A DNA stretch of 64,000 nucleotides from Saccostrea echinata (lineage: Eukaryota), in assembly GCF_033153115.1 (NCBI RefSeq), contig NW_026889751.1, positions 20,956,001 to 21,020,000 on the forward strand, in the 5' to 3' direction. Below the pieces are notes generated by a model. The model was not told where the DNA came from. It saw nothing but the letters and a program-made list of their open reading frames with translations, and made no database searches. Position numbers and translations under genes: made by a program. Of this stretch, positions 34,218-47,900 are shown piece after piece; the first letter of the stretch is position 1; each line of letters opens with the position of its first letter.

Positions 34218-37200
34218 GTAAGAAAGATTATTGGTTATGATGACGTGTTACAAACTTGTATCTGTATCCGACTTTCTATTTTTCAAAGGCACGCAAACTA
34301 TATTTAAGCAAACATAAAATGAGATTTGAACTGTATTCAGTATCGTTTTAAGTATGAAAGTAACAATCATGGTCAATAATATAGTTTTAGAGTGTCAAAG
34401 AATGTTATGCAGAAATTGATTTTTAAGTTTTAAATAAAAAATTAAACATCATCCTGTGTTTTCAGATGCTGTACATTCAAGCCTTTGTTTTCATCATTCT
34501 CATGGGAAAACTAATGAGAAAAATATTTTTTGGGACTCTTCGACCTGCAGAAGTAGAGGTAATGAAACGATAATGATTATCTCAGCGAGATTCTTCAAGA
34601 CTAAAAATTTTGGACAGAGGTCTCTTCCGAGAGACCTCTGTCCAAAATTTTTAGTCTCAATAAATCTCGCTGAAATTAATGAAATGATTGTATCAAAACT
34701 TTGAACCTACCTGAATATTACATAACCACTGAAAATGATAAGCTATAAACTGAAATACATAATTTATTGATTTATACATTAGGACTTCCATCCAAATAAA
34801 CTACATCAGGATAATTCCCTGTAGTTAAAAAAAAAATCATTTTTTCTTAGGTCATGTAAATGTTGTGTCTCTCATGTTGGTTGAAACTCAATTCTTCCCT
34901 TTATAGAAGGACAAAAGTGAGGTATCCAACCCCTAATACTCCCCAGATTTGATTAGTGAACGTATGGTTAGATCTAACACTGAACTATTTGCATTATTTT
35001 AAAAGCCTTTGTAGAAAGTGATCAACTAAGAGAGGTTTTAGAAAGGGTAATGCAAAATGCATCTTTCCTTTAAATTAAACTGGAAAGTTTGTTACATGAC
35101 AGCGATTTTTTCTACCCATTGGGAAAGAGTCCGGTACTGGTTCAAATGGGAAAAATAGCATCGAAGTAGAACAAAGGAAAATTTTCTGTCATTTAAAGAA
35201 ATAAAAGATATTTTGCATTTATTCCAACCTCAATACTATTACTCCATGTTTTAAAGAATAAACAACAAGTATTTACTATTGTTTTTCATATCAATGTCCC
35301 TTGTTTTCGCATTTTAATGCTTCCAATTTGTCAAAATGTATGACACTACGCTGTCTGCACCACAGGTCCCATCATATAACGACTAATCTCTATTTTCGAT
35401 TTAAGCAGAGGTGAAACAATCAATCAACTTGTACAATGTTTCATAAATAAAAAGAAATACAATGCATGTCTGTTGCTTGGCAGTTGAATTGGGAATTTTT
35501 AGTCTCAAAATTGGGAAAAATTAATGCTTTTTGGCATTTGAAATGGTACCTTTTATTGGTACCACTTATATAAGGGAAAAAAAACCCTGCATGAAAGAAA
35601 AACTGTTGTGTGTATATGTTTGAATGACAAAACTGTAATAGAAGGAAGTTGTACAAGAAACATTGGCTTTCAGTATTGTGATAAATCTGTATAAAACTGG
35701 GATGGACGACCAGAGAGATGGATCCACCTATTGAAAAAAAGTGTGTATTTTGCACAAAAAAGAGTGCATATTTCTAGATTTATATTTCAGTATATTTTTA
35801 AGGAATAAGCCATCTCAAAATATTATGAACCCATACATCCCTAACACATTCTTTTACTAACTTCCACAACAAAACATTCCTTACAACCATATTTATATGC
35901 CTCCTGAGCAAGAAATTGAAACCATCTAACTTTTCAACAAGGCAGTTAACACCTACTAAAATATCAGTGTTTTTGAACTAAGGATAAACTTACCAAAATA
36001 AATATGTCAAACATTTTCCTATGTTTTAGGTACTTTTTATAATGAAAACTTTCATTTAGGGTTCTTGTAAGTACGTACCAGTAATGTTTATTCCTGAGTA
36101 TTAGAGGTTAGCAGTTACTGTAAAATCACTTATTTTCATAGGGTCAACATTTCGTGGTTAGAGAAAAAATTACTGGTTCAAAAGGATTTAATTTCGTGGT
36201 TAAGAACCCTCAATACACTGCACTGGTATTTTTATGCAGTTAGAGTGATCTGCCCTTAGATCTAAAATGAAATAAATTGAAATCTAAATTTATTATTTAT
36301 TATTCAATTTGTAATCAATTCAAACATTCTAAACATTTCATTTGGTCTAGTTGAATTAACAGAATGCCTTATTTGCACATATTTTTGCCATTTAAGTAAG
36401 CAACAGTGATTTAATTCAGTTCACCAACAATTCATTGTCTTTGAATATTTTTCCTGGGGATAAATGGCAGGTACCCTATGTTGAAAATTAAATAGATATA
36501 CTCCATATTTATATCTTTATATGATATTATTTTCTCAGAGCCTAAAAAAAAACATATTTCATTGGTGAATAGAGGGTCCTGAAATGAGAAACATAATACT
36601 GCAGTATGAAATTTAAACAATTCTTAGAGGATATGAATATGAGGGTCTCTTTATACCACAAAAACAAAAGTAAAACCCCCATGAAAATAAGTCACTGTCT
36701 GATTTTGGTCCAGTGTTTTGTATTAACATATGGTTTTTATTCTTTCAGCATTTAATAGAGAGATCATGGTATGCAGTGACAGAGACCTGCTTAGCGTTTA
36801 CAGTATTTCGAGATGACTTCAGTCCAAAATTCGTAGCTCTCTTCACTCTTCTGTTGTTTCTGAAGTGTTTTCACTGGTTGGCCGAGGACAGAATTGATTA
36901 TGTAAGTGAAGATTTGAAAAAAATTAAAGATATGATTATTATTTTCTTCACTAATTCACAGGCACTTGGGGGCTGGACCCCCCCCCCCCCCCTTTCCATT
37001 TTTTTTTTAATTTGGGGTTGAAACACCTTTTCCCTATTTTTGTATTAATTCTTATAATGCGCTACCTGATATTGATAATGTAACCCTTTTGTCTCAGTAA
37101 GCTGTTTTTAAATATATATTATTTTCAACTGATACATAAAAAGAGATGTATCAGTCAAAAACGATATATTTAATAAAAACAACTTATTGAGACAAAAGGG

Positions 37201-40200
37201 TTACATTATCAATATCAGGTAGCACATTATTAGAATTAATACAAAAATAGGAAAAAGGTGTTTCAACCCCAAATTAAAAAAAAAAATGGAAAGGGGGGAG
37301 GGGGTCCAGCCCCAAGTGCCTGTGCACTACTTTGGATGAATGACACTTATTCCAGCATTCTAGAGGATCAGAAAAAGCTAATTAATCAAAATTAGATGTA
37401 ATAGATTACAGCTAGCTACTTTTGACATGGCAATATATAACAAAGTAATATAAAAGATTGTAGGGACAATAACTAAGGTTCTTACTTCTAGGAGTAGAAT
37501 GACACAATTCAGTTAAGTTCTTAGGGACACAATGACATTATGATACACAACTTTCTGTTTCTGTAATAATGATTTTTAATCAGCTTGTTTTGTATACCTT
37601 TGCAGATGGAGAGAAGTCCTGTCATATCAGTATTATTTCACATTAGGGCATTAAGTAAGTGTAGTACTATCATCATTTTTATTTTACATCCACAAATTAC
37701 AAAGTGCATGGGTTGTATGTTCGTTTGCCCTAAAACTTGTTTGCCCTTGACGCCGTTTGCCCTCATTCCCGTTCGCCCTAAAACTTGTTCACACAGGGTC
37801 CGTTCACCTTATTTATATTGCAGAAAATTGAATAATTAACCAATGGATTTTTTAAATAAATTATATGTACATTGGTACATAAATTGCACACGGGAGACAG
37901 CAGACGTATGCATGTGGTCACACTATAAATACCTGTCCTATCAAAGACCCGGCAGACCAACAGAAATTAACGTCTCAGTCCTTTAATTGTTTTCAAAACA
38001 TAACGCAGATTGTATGATCCCCTAAATTACATTGACATTATTAAGTATAATTTAAATCAATTAAGCATGTAAAGAGCATAAATATCAGGGACCTTTATAC
38101 TAGTGTATATTAGTATATAGGTCCCTGTAAATATCAAATTTGAAATATTTAATTAAGATTACAGTAAATAAAAAAAAATTGGTGGCAACATTTGAAAAAA
38201 AAACAGCAAGTCGTAAAATATTGAATGAAATTAATAATAAATGTTGATATTTACTAAATACTGTATATATAATGGGGCGAATGAGATATATGGCGAACGA
38301 GATATAGGGCAAACAAGAATAATGGCAAACTGACTCATGCGAACAGATAGATAGGGCGAACGAACCTGATACCAAGTGCATGCATCTATGTTAGCCAAGT
38401 TCTGATCCGCTAATCTACTCACAAACCCTTGGCCAATCATGCCATCAAAAGTCAGGTTTGCATCAGATGATCTTGAATCTTACCTCAGCTTACACACAAC
38501 TTACGTCATTGAAAGAAATAAATAGTGTTTTTAAAAAGAAGAATTATCAAACAGGAATAGAGCAATTTTTAGTTGTTATATAGGGGGCAGATTTATACCT
38601 GTGATATAGATTCCAGATCACATTATGTGCACATCAACTTAAAGTTGGATGATGCCACATATATATTTATTGAATCATTTGAATGGCATGTTATGTGTGC
38701 ATGTTACGAATCATTGTTTACCTGTGTTTTTCATTCCCGAGACTATAGAGTCAGGATATATCTTGAAAGGAGATATCATTATTTACAACAGCACTTGCTG
38801 ATTGGTTGAACAATATTAGTAAACTCCAGAAAAAAAATCCCGACTTGAGATAGCACGATAGACCAAGGGTTTGTGAAGAGAGTAACAGATCAAAAACCCT
38901 TTGTTAGGGAAGATGACGTGCATGTTAATGTTAATTTGAATCATCTACCTAGTATATGTAAGATGGTAAGGATTTGAAATATATTTCTACATTTATGATT
39001 TGACGAAAATACTTTTGCAGAGCATTAAATAAGCCATTTAGTTAACCTATATTTTCTCTCTTTTTTTAGCACTGATAGCATTACTGGGTGTCCTAGATAT
39101 CTACTTTATAAACCATGCTTACTACAGTACACTCACCAAAGGGGCATCAGTACAGCTGGTGTTTGGGTTTGAGGTAAATCATTTATTTTTTCCAAACATA
39201 GTACATGTACACAAACTACACATACATGTATACAGTATACTCTTTCATATTTCTCTGGTTATTTAATTAAACTGTTCTGTAGGTTGAAAATACCTAGTTG
39301 AGTAAATATGCAATTTAAATTTCCTCATATCTCTAGTGAAAAACGTAAAGTAAAACATATAGTTCCTTTCAGTAAATTCTATTGTTTAAAATGTTGTCTA
39401 CTTGGTAAATTTCTATGGAAAATGTGGTGCCCAGATTAAACAAGTTTTACTCTATGTCCAGGGCTTAATATCCCTTGCATATAGGTCCAGTAAAAGGACC
39501 CTCTATTTATTGAAAATTGACTCTCTTTTTTCCCCCAAAATTAAAGTAAAAATTCCCAAGTGACAAGCATATTGAATTTCTTGGGCTTTTTGTCAACAAT
39601 ATTAATTCTGAGATTATATAAAAATGATAGAGGATAAATCTAAAATGTCTGAATATAATTGTTTTTATTTTACAGTAAAACTGATAATATTTCATCAGTA
39701 TTTCCAAATTTTGTTTCTTATTTTTCTATAAAAAAATTCCCAATTGAAAGGGAATAGGAACCTGTACCAAAAAGGGTCAGTTAAGCCCTGTGTTAAGAAT
39801 AGTCATGATTTTCTGACAAATTATATTAAGGCTACCAGGATGAAAAGATAAAATGCTTTCATCTTTCCTGTTTTCAGTATGCCATCTTGATGACCATTGT
39901 GGCTATGACATTTATGAAGTATATCCTACACTCTATAGACTTACAGAATGAGAATCCGTGGGAAAACAAGGCAGTGTACCTACTGTACACAGAGTTAGTA
40001 CTAGGTAAATACTGTACACCTAGGTAAATACTGTACACAGTTAGTACTAGGTAAATACAGTACACAGAGTTAGTACTAGGTAAATACTGTACACAGAGTT
40101 AGTACTAGGTAAATATTGTACACAGAGTTAGTACTAGGTAAATACTGTACACAGAGTTAGTACTAGGTAAATCTGTACACGGAGTTAGTACTACATATGT

Positions 40201-41892
40201 AGGTAAATACCTACAGTACACAGAGTTAGTACTAGGTAAATACTGTACACAGAGTTACTACTAGGTAAATCTGTACACAGAGTTAGTACTAGGTAAATAC
40301 CTACAGTACACAGAGTTAGTACCTGGTAAATACTGTACTTACAGTACATAGTGTTAGTTCTAGGTAAATACCTAGTGTACACTTGGTTCCAGGTAAGTAA
40401 AACTGTACTTGCAGTACACTTTGTTCTAGGTAATGTTTATTTTTTCAAATATTAATGTAAATAAAAGAACAAATTAGAAACTAATGAGATTTTATGACCT
40501 ATTTCTTTGAATTTTCCTAATGTTGTGACAAAATACATGTATTCTAATAACATTTCCATGGTATTCTAATAACATTACCATGGTATGTTTGAATAATTCA
40601 TTTTCTCTGGGAGAATCATGTAGTTTTATGGTTTATTATTACATAATGATATTACAGGTGCTGTGAAGGTTGTGTTATACATGGCGTTCATGGTAATCAT
40701 GATCAAAGTCCACACATTCCCACTGTTTGCCATCAGACCCATGTATCTCTCAATGAGGTAAGTGATCGAGTCTTGCTCTACTTTTTCATTAAATTCTGAA
40801 ACTAGTGTCCTTTTCAATAAAGTTTAACATTTCTTTTGAGTTTATTGTTTCGCATTATCTTTCAGGGGATTCAAGAAAGCCTTACATGATGTCATTATGT
40901 CTAGGAGAGCTATCAGAAACATGAACACCTAGTAAGTGTTTTTTTCGTGTCATGCTTGTGGTCTAACTAAGTTTTGTGTTATTATTTTGTAAATATTATA
41001 CTCCTGCTCCGAAGGAGAGGGGGTATACTGTTTTACCCTTTGTGTTTGTCTGTCTGTCTGTAACAAATTTTGGTCGCAGTTTTCTCAGCAACTACATATT
41101 GCAGATGCTTGAAATTTTAGCACACTCTTTGTTTAGGCCTGTCATATGGTGGGATTCATTTTTACATGAATCTGATATCAACTTCCTGTTTATCCGTGCA
41201 TCTGTCTGTACCATACATAACAAAATTTTGGTCACAGTTTTCTCAGCAACTACTCATTGCAGATGCTTGAAATTTTAGCACACTCTTTGTTTAGGCATGC
41301 CATATGTTGGGAGATATTTTTGTACAAATCCAATGTCAACTTCCTGAATAATCACTCTGTCTGTCCATAACTGAACTTGTGCACTTACATCAGGGGTATT
41401 ATTAGTGAGCATTGGATCACAGACTTCTTGTTTAGCTAATCTGAGCCAAAGATTGACGTGAGCTCTTTTGAACACAGAGAGTCTTGGTGTGAGCCAAATT
41501 TACATCAAACCAATTTATTGTGAGGGCATTTCAACATTTGATCAAAGGTTTGAAAAAAAAAAAACTGTTTGAATGAAAACATAGATTTATAGGGATAGGA
41601 CCATTTTAAAACTCTTCTATGGAATTTCAGTAGGACTGATCAAACGTTCAGTTTTTGAACAAAGAAGGGTACAAACAAATTGAGATCAAAGCTGTGATTA
41701 GTGAAAACTGAAATCTATAACATGTATAGTTTATTAAACAAAATAGTTCAAAACAATAGCCTTTAGTGTATTATGGGCTACATTAAGGGTTTTGATCCTG
41801 TCAGAGAAATGGAAATTTAGGTGGTTATTTTAATCCATTGGCCTTAAGATTACATTTAAGGGGCATACTGTTTGTTTTTGTTCATTTATAAC

Positions 41893-41942
<50 letters not shown>

Positions 41943-44900
41943 CGTTGTCCGTCATCCGTCCGTCCGTCTGTAAACTTTTCACATTTTCGACTTCTTCTCA
42001 AGAACCACTAGGCCAATTTTAACCAAACTTAATACAAAGCATCCTTGGGTGAAGGGGATTTTCAGTTGTTAAAATAAAGGGCCAAGTCCCCTTCAAAAGG
42101 GAGATAATCAAGAAAATACAAAAATTGGGTGGGGTCATTAAAAAATCTTCTTCTCAGGCATCACTGGGCCAGAAAAGCTGAAACTTTGAAGCATCTTGGG
42201 ATAGTGTAGATTCTAAATTGTTTCAATCATGACCCCCGGGGGTAGGGCGGGGCCACAATAGGGAATCCAAGTTTAACATTGAAATATATAGGAAAAATCT
42301 TTAAAAATCTTCTTCTTAGGCACCACTGGGCCAGAAAAGCTGAAACTTATGTTGAAGCATCTTGGGATAGTGTAGATTCTAAATTGTTTCAATCATGACC
42401 CCCGGGGGTAGGGTGGGGCCACAATAGGGAATCCAAGTTTAACATTGAAATATATAGGAAAAATCTTTAAAAATCTTCTTCTCAGTCACCACTGGGCCAG
42501 AAAAGCTGAAACTTATGTTGAAGCATCCTGGGGTAGTGTAGATTCTAAATCGTTCAAATAATGACCCCTGGGTGTAGGGCAGGGCCACAATAAGTACTAC
42601 GGGGGGGAGGGGGGGGGGAGAAATCAGGTGAAAAACAGCAAGGCCAAAGTTACTCAGGTGAGCGCTGTGGCCCATGGGCCTCTTGTTTAACCATAAACCC
42701 ACAACCTTTGAACTAAAACACATAAAAATTTCATATTTGGTGATATTCAGAATCAAGTCTATGCTTTATGTCAGTAGAAATTAGACTTTGTAATTTTTGT
42801 TTATTTACAATTTATTCTTAAATAGTGTTTGGTTAAATTATCTCAAGGAGAACCCAATTTTGTTTTATTTATAGTTATCCTGATGCCACTGAGGAAGAGC
42901 TTCAAGTGGACGATGTCTGTATCATCTGTCGGGAAACCATGACAACAGCTGCTAAAAAGTTACCATGTAACCACATCTTCCACACCAGCTGTCTGCGGTC
43001 ATGGTTCCAGAGACAGCAGACCTGTCCCACATGTAGGCGGGATGTACTGAGGACGACACCCACCCAAACACAAGCTCCACCCCCTCCTCAACCAGCGCAA
43101 CCACAACCCCCTCAAAACAGTATGTGACATATATAAAATATTACATCTGTAGATCACCAGATTTTCGTGACACCTTATTTTCATGAGAAATTCAGAGGGT
43201 ATTTTTAAGCAAGACAAAATTTTCATGAATTCGGGTTGTTGTTGTATGTAATAATCTTAATAATAAAAATATACGGGAGGATAAAATTTTTGCAAGCAGA
43301 CAGTTTAGTATGATTATGTAAAAATAAAGTTCTCTGGAATAAAAAGTGATTTACATTATTAAATTTAAAGTTCAATGGCCCTCAGTTAAGAGATAAGTGT
43401 TATTGGGATAATGAGTCAAATGACTATTATTTCTTGATAAAATTTTCAACTTGAAATGTTATTATTTTTGTCCAATTTTGCACTGCAGCCTACTTGGAAC
43501 ATATTAATGATACATTGGATTGTTTTGGAAAATCATAAAAGTTTAAGCAAAATTTTAACCTCATTGCCTTAAACAGGTAAAATTGTCTCCTATTTTCAGT
43601 GTTTGGGGGTATGGCTGGTATGCCTGGTATTCCTCCTCAGATGTGGCAACAGCCCCCTGTTCCTCCCCAGCAGCCAAACCCAGCTCCACCAGGTTAGAGC
43701 AATATACTACAAACAATGAAAAAATCCTAACAATAGGGTTTTAAATAAACTTTTCATGCAATATTAAGCATCTGCATATTTTATAGTATATCCATGTTTA
43801 GTTTTACAATTTACTCTCTGAATGAAATCTGAAAGAATGGAAGGAATTTAAGGTACAAAAGCGGGATCAATAAAATAAATCATATTTCCTTTCCATAGGT
43901 GGCACCCAGACACCACAATCCACCACCTCTACTGCCACTGTCTCCTCCACGTTTACCCAGCCATCAGTGTCCACATCTACAGGCTTACCAGCAGGAATGG
44001 GTGGTCTACCTACAGGCATGCCAGCAGGAATGGGTGGTCTTCCTACAGGAATGCCACCACCAATGATGCCTATGTTTCCACCTCTCATGATGCCTTTTGG
44101 TTAGTATTTCTTATTTTTATCTTTATATTACAAAGTTATTTCATGAGAGCCCAAGGATCAAGGGAGCCTATTTTAATCAAATGTGGACAGGCTTCTGATT
44201 TTGTACCTGCCTTTGAACTCTTTACAGGCTTGCCTTATCCTTACAGGCATGCCTTGTCCTTCCACCAGTCAGGTGACCAGGCATCCTTATAGCTCACCTG
44301 AACCAAAGGTTGAAGTGATCATTTTTGATTGAAACTTGTCTTTTGTCTGTCTTGTTGTCAGCAGCATCATCAACATTGTAAAATTTCCACTATTTTCTTC
44401 TCCTGAACCACAGGGCCAATTTCAGCCATACTTGGCACAATTAAAGCATCCTTGGGAAAAGGGATTCAAGTTTGTTCAAATAAAGTACAATACTGTCTTT
44501 TTAAGAGAGATAACTAATGATGTATGAAAATTGAATGGCATCTTTCAAAATCTTCTTCTCAAAAACCACTGGGCCAGTGAAGATGAAACATGTGTGTAAT
44601 GCTTCCTGACAAGTTTGTTCAAATAATAACCCCCATGGGAAATGTGGGGCCACAATATGGGAAGAAAGTTATACATTACATTGTATATATATTGGGACAA
44701 ATCTTTAAAAATCTTCTTTTCAAGAATCAGTAGATCTGAAAAAAATGATGTGAATGTTTGCTGACTTAATTTAGATTTTAAATTGTTCAAATCATGGCCT
44801 TAGAGTAAAGTGGGGCCACAATAGAGAGAGTTTTACATTGAAATGTTCAGTCAAACCTTGTTATCTGGAATTTGATGGGACCCCAGGGTCAGTTGAGTGT

Positions 44901-47900
44901 TGTGGCCATGGGCTTCTTGTTTTTAAGATACAAACTGGATTTATGGTAAGGCTAAAATTCGGAATCAAATTCTACATAATGCATATATACAAGGGGAAAA
45001 AATTCATTCATCTTCAGAACAGCAAGACCATTTTGGTTATGATTTTGAAGCATTCCCATATAATGTGGGTTCAAGTTTGATTGAGTCTTATACCTTTGAG
45101 CTGGAGCCACAATTTGGGGTCAAAATATTCATAGGATTGAAAAGTAGGGCCTAGCAATTTTTCAAAAGTCCAAGAATACTCAGATGAGCTGTAGGGCCCA
45201 TGGGTTTTTATTTTATTTATATTTATTTTTATTTCAGGGATTTATCAGCCTATTTTGGGAAACGCCATTTTTGGGGAATTGGGAAAAAATTATCGGCTAT
45301 TTGATGAAATTGGGAAAAATTAAAAATGTTGCTTAAATCATGTATTCAGGTGGAATTAATTTAACATTTCAGCATGAACTCTGATTTGGGCAATCAAACA
45401 GACAATAAAATATCATCTTACTTCATCATACAATGTACAAGATCCGTTATGAATACTTGAGTAATAAACTAATAAAAGTAAAATTGACTTCGATGAGTAT
45501 AAAGTATTTATACAACTTAGGGTAGTACATGTGTGTATGAGATTCCAATTTAGGTCATTATAGAATTTGTTTCTGGATTATAAACTCCTGCAAAATATTA
45601 TACTAAGTACACATTTTCTCAAAGTCCTCTTTTAATATGTATTAATGCATTGAAAATATATTTTTCTAATTGAAGTAATGCCTACAGTCCTTACCATCCA
45701 CTCGTAGATCAATTGAGTAGGTGAAAATAACTTAATAAATCAATAAAATTACACAATATCACCATTTTCAGGAAAAATGGAGGAAATTCAGATTAAAAGT
45801 TGGCGATGTTTTTAGTCTTTTTAAACATTTCTTATGACTGTAGCTTTGCTAAATGAGGTAAATAAATGAAAATTACAGACAATCTGACAATCTTACTTTG
45901 TGTTTTTCCAAGATAATTAAATATAAAAGCATTCTTCACCAATTGGGAAAAAATACTGCCAAATTGGGAAAAACTGCACTCATTTTCGATTGGGAATGGG
46001 GCCGAATTTCGGCCCCTGAGAGGGTACTGATAAATCCCTGTGTTTATTTCTGGCATTATATGAGAAATTTACTCTGTTTTCAAAAAGAGGCAGCAAGAGG
46101 GAATTTTATCAGCATTTTAATGATCAGAATAGTAGACTATTGGAAATAATTCTAAATCAGCCTCTTCAAAGGGATAAATTCACGTCTTCAATTCAAATTT
46201 TTAAAAGCCCAGACTTTGTATTGACAAATATATATAATGTTTTTCAGTTCATTCAAAAGAATTTAAATATTATTGCAAGTTTCCATAGAGCAGCATACTT
46301 ATATATCAGTAATATTGCATTCCTCTTTTATTGAATTACCTATATAGAATACAACACATTAATGCATATCACTGCAGATATCTGATTTTCTTCACTTGTC
46401 TTTTTAACCAATGACACTGAGCAATAAACAGATTGTCATTTGCATCTGCACACAGTCCCCAGGGTACACTCAGTCCACAGTCTATGTAACAGAGGAACTG
46501 TCCATCCTGGTCTATGATGTGGACACAGTGATTGTTACAATCAGCTCTAAGGATGTGACTCTGACTGTCTGTCGTGATTCCTCGTGGATTGAATGGTTCA
46601 TTCTTTGGAGCAGGAGTATGTCCAGTGTACCTGAATCTCAGTTTCCCGGCCTGATTAACCACCACTACTGCATTGTCAGACACACAGATATCACGGTTCT
46701 TGTTCTCAGTTATGTATGTACATGTAGTATCAAATGAATAGAGAGGTTTACCTTTATCATCAAACTGAATGGTTTTTTTCTCTGTGGAGCCAGAGTAACA
46801 GACAACTTTTGTTTGTTTTTTATCTTTACTGTCCATGATAACCAGGAGATCACCAGAGGAGGTACTACAGACACCTTTAGGTTTCCAGTTCTGTAGTCTG
46901 ATCACCTCCTCTATCTTCTCATTCTTCACAATGTTCACAGTTCTATGCCAGTAATCAGTATAAACTAGATCTCCACTTTTTGTCACTGCTATGTTAGACG
47001 GTATTTTCCCTGACTTGGTTCTGATTGACTTAAGTAGTGATCCCCGATTGATGCTGAAGAGTTTCATGGTGCTGTCATTCCCACCTGTCCAGATTTCTTC
47101 ATCACTCAGACAGGCCACATTGTAAAGGTATTCATACCCAGTGTTGTCTATGGTGGTGACAGTCTCTGGTTGATCAAGCAGCTGTTTGACTGGAGGAGAG
47201 GATCCAGCTTCTGGTGATTTCTGTGTTGTCTTCATGCTGTAGCCATGTTTATCTGATGTTAGAGAACTTGATGATAAGGCTCCATACAGTTTACTAAGTT
47301 CTTCTCCTTGGATTTTTCCTGGAATGAATTTGGGTAAAGTCGGCATTATTTTGTGTGGAAGATTTCTGTATGTGTGTACATTGGATGTGACACTAAATAG
47401 TTTTGACATGTCATTAGTGTCTATAGCTATTTCAACTGAATTGATTTCATCCTTGATGTCAGACATTGTCTTGTTTATTTCATCCAGATGTTTCTGTAGA
47501 GTTTGTAACTGTGTGTTTTTCATCTCATCAACTTCAGCTTTAAGTTTCTTGACAAGTTTGTCAATTTCTCTGTGCCAGTCCTCTCCATGTTTTGATATGG
47601 CTGTTGAGAGATCTCCATATTCCTTTTCTAACTGACTTATTCTGTTTTGTACATCAGAGGCAATGTCCTGGTAGGTTGGATAAACGGTATCATTTAATTC
47701 ATTTCTTTCTTTTGTAAATGTGTCTTTCTTTTCATCCAGAACTTGCAAGATTTTAGATAATTCATGACCTAAATGTTGATTAGATGAAATGCAGCTGATG
47801 CAGACAGGAATATCACATTGTTTACAGTACATTTTACATCGTTCTTTATCATGAGTTGTACATGCTATATAGAGGGTAGTCAATTTCCTGTCCTGAAATT

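Noticed and set aside
39981-40433. CRISPR-like array of 29 bp repeats
   Set aside because: Repeats are head-to-tail without unique spacers, derive from an exon/intron boundary, and lie in eukaryotic DNA with no cas genes.
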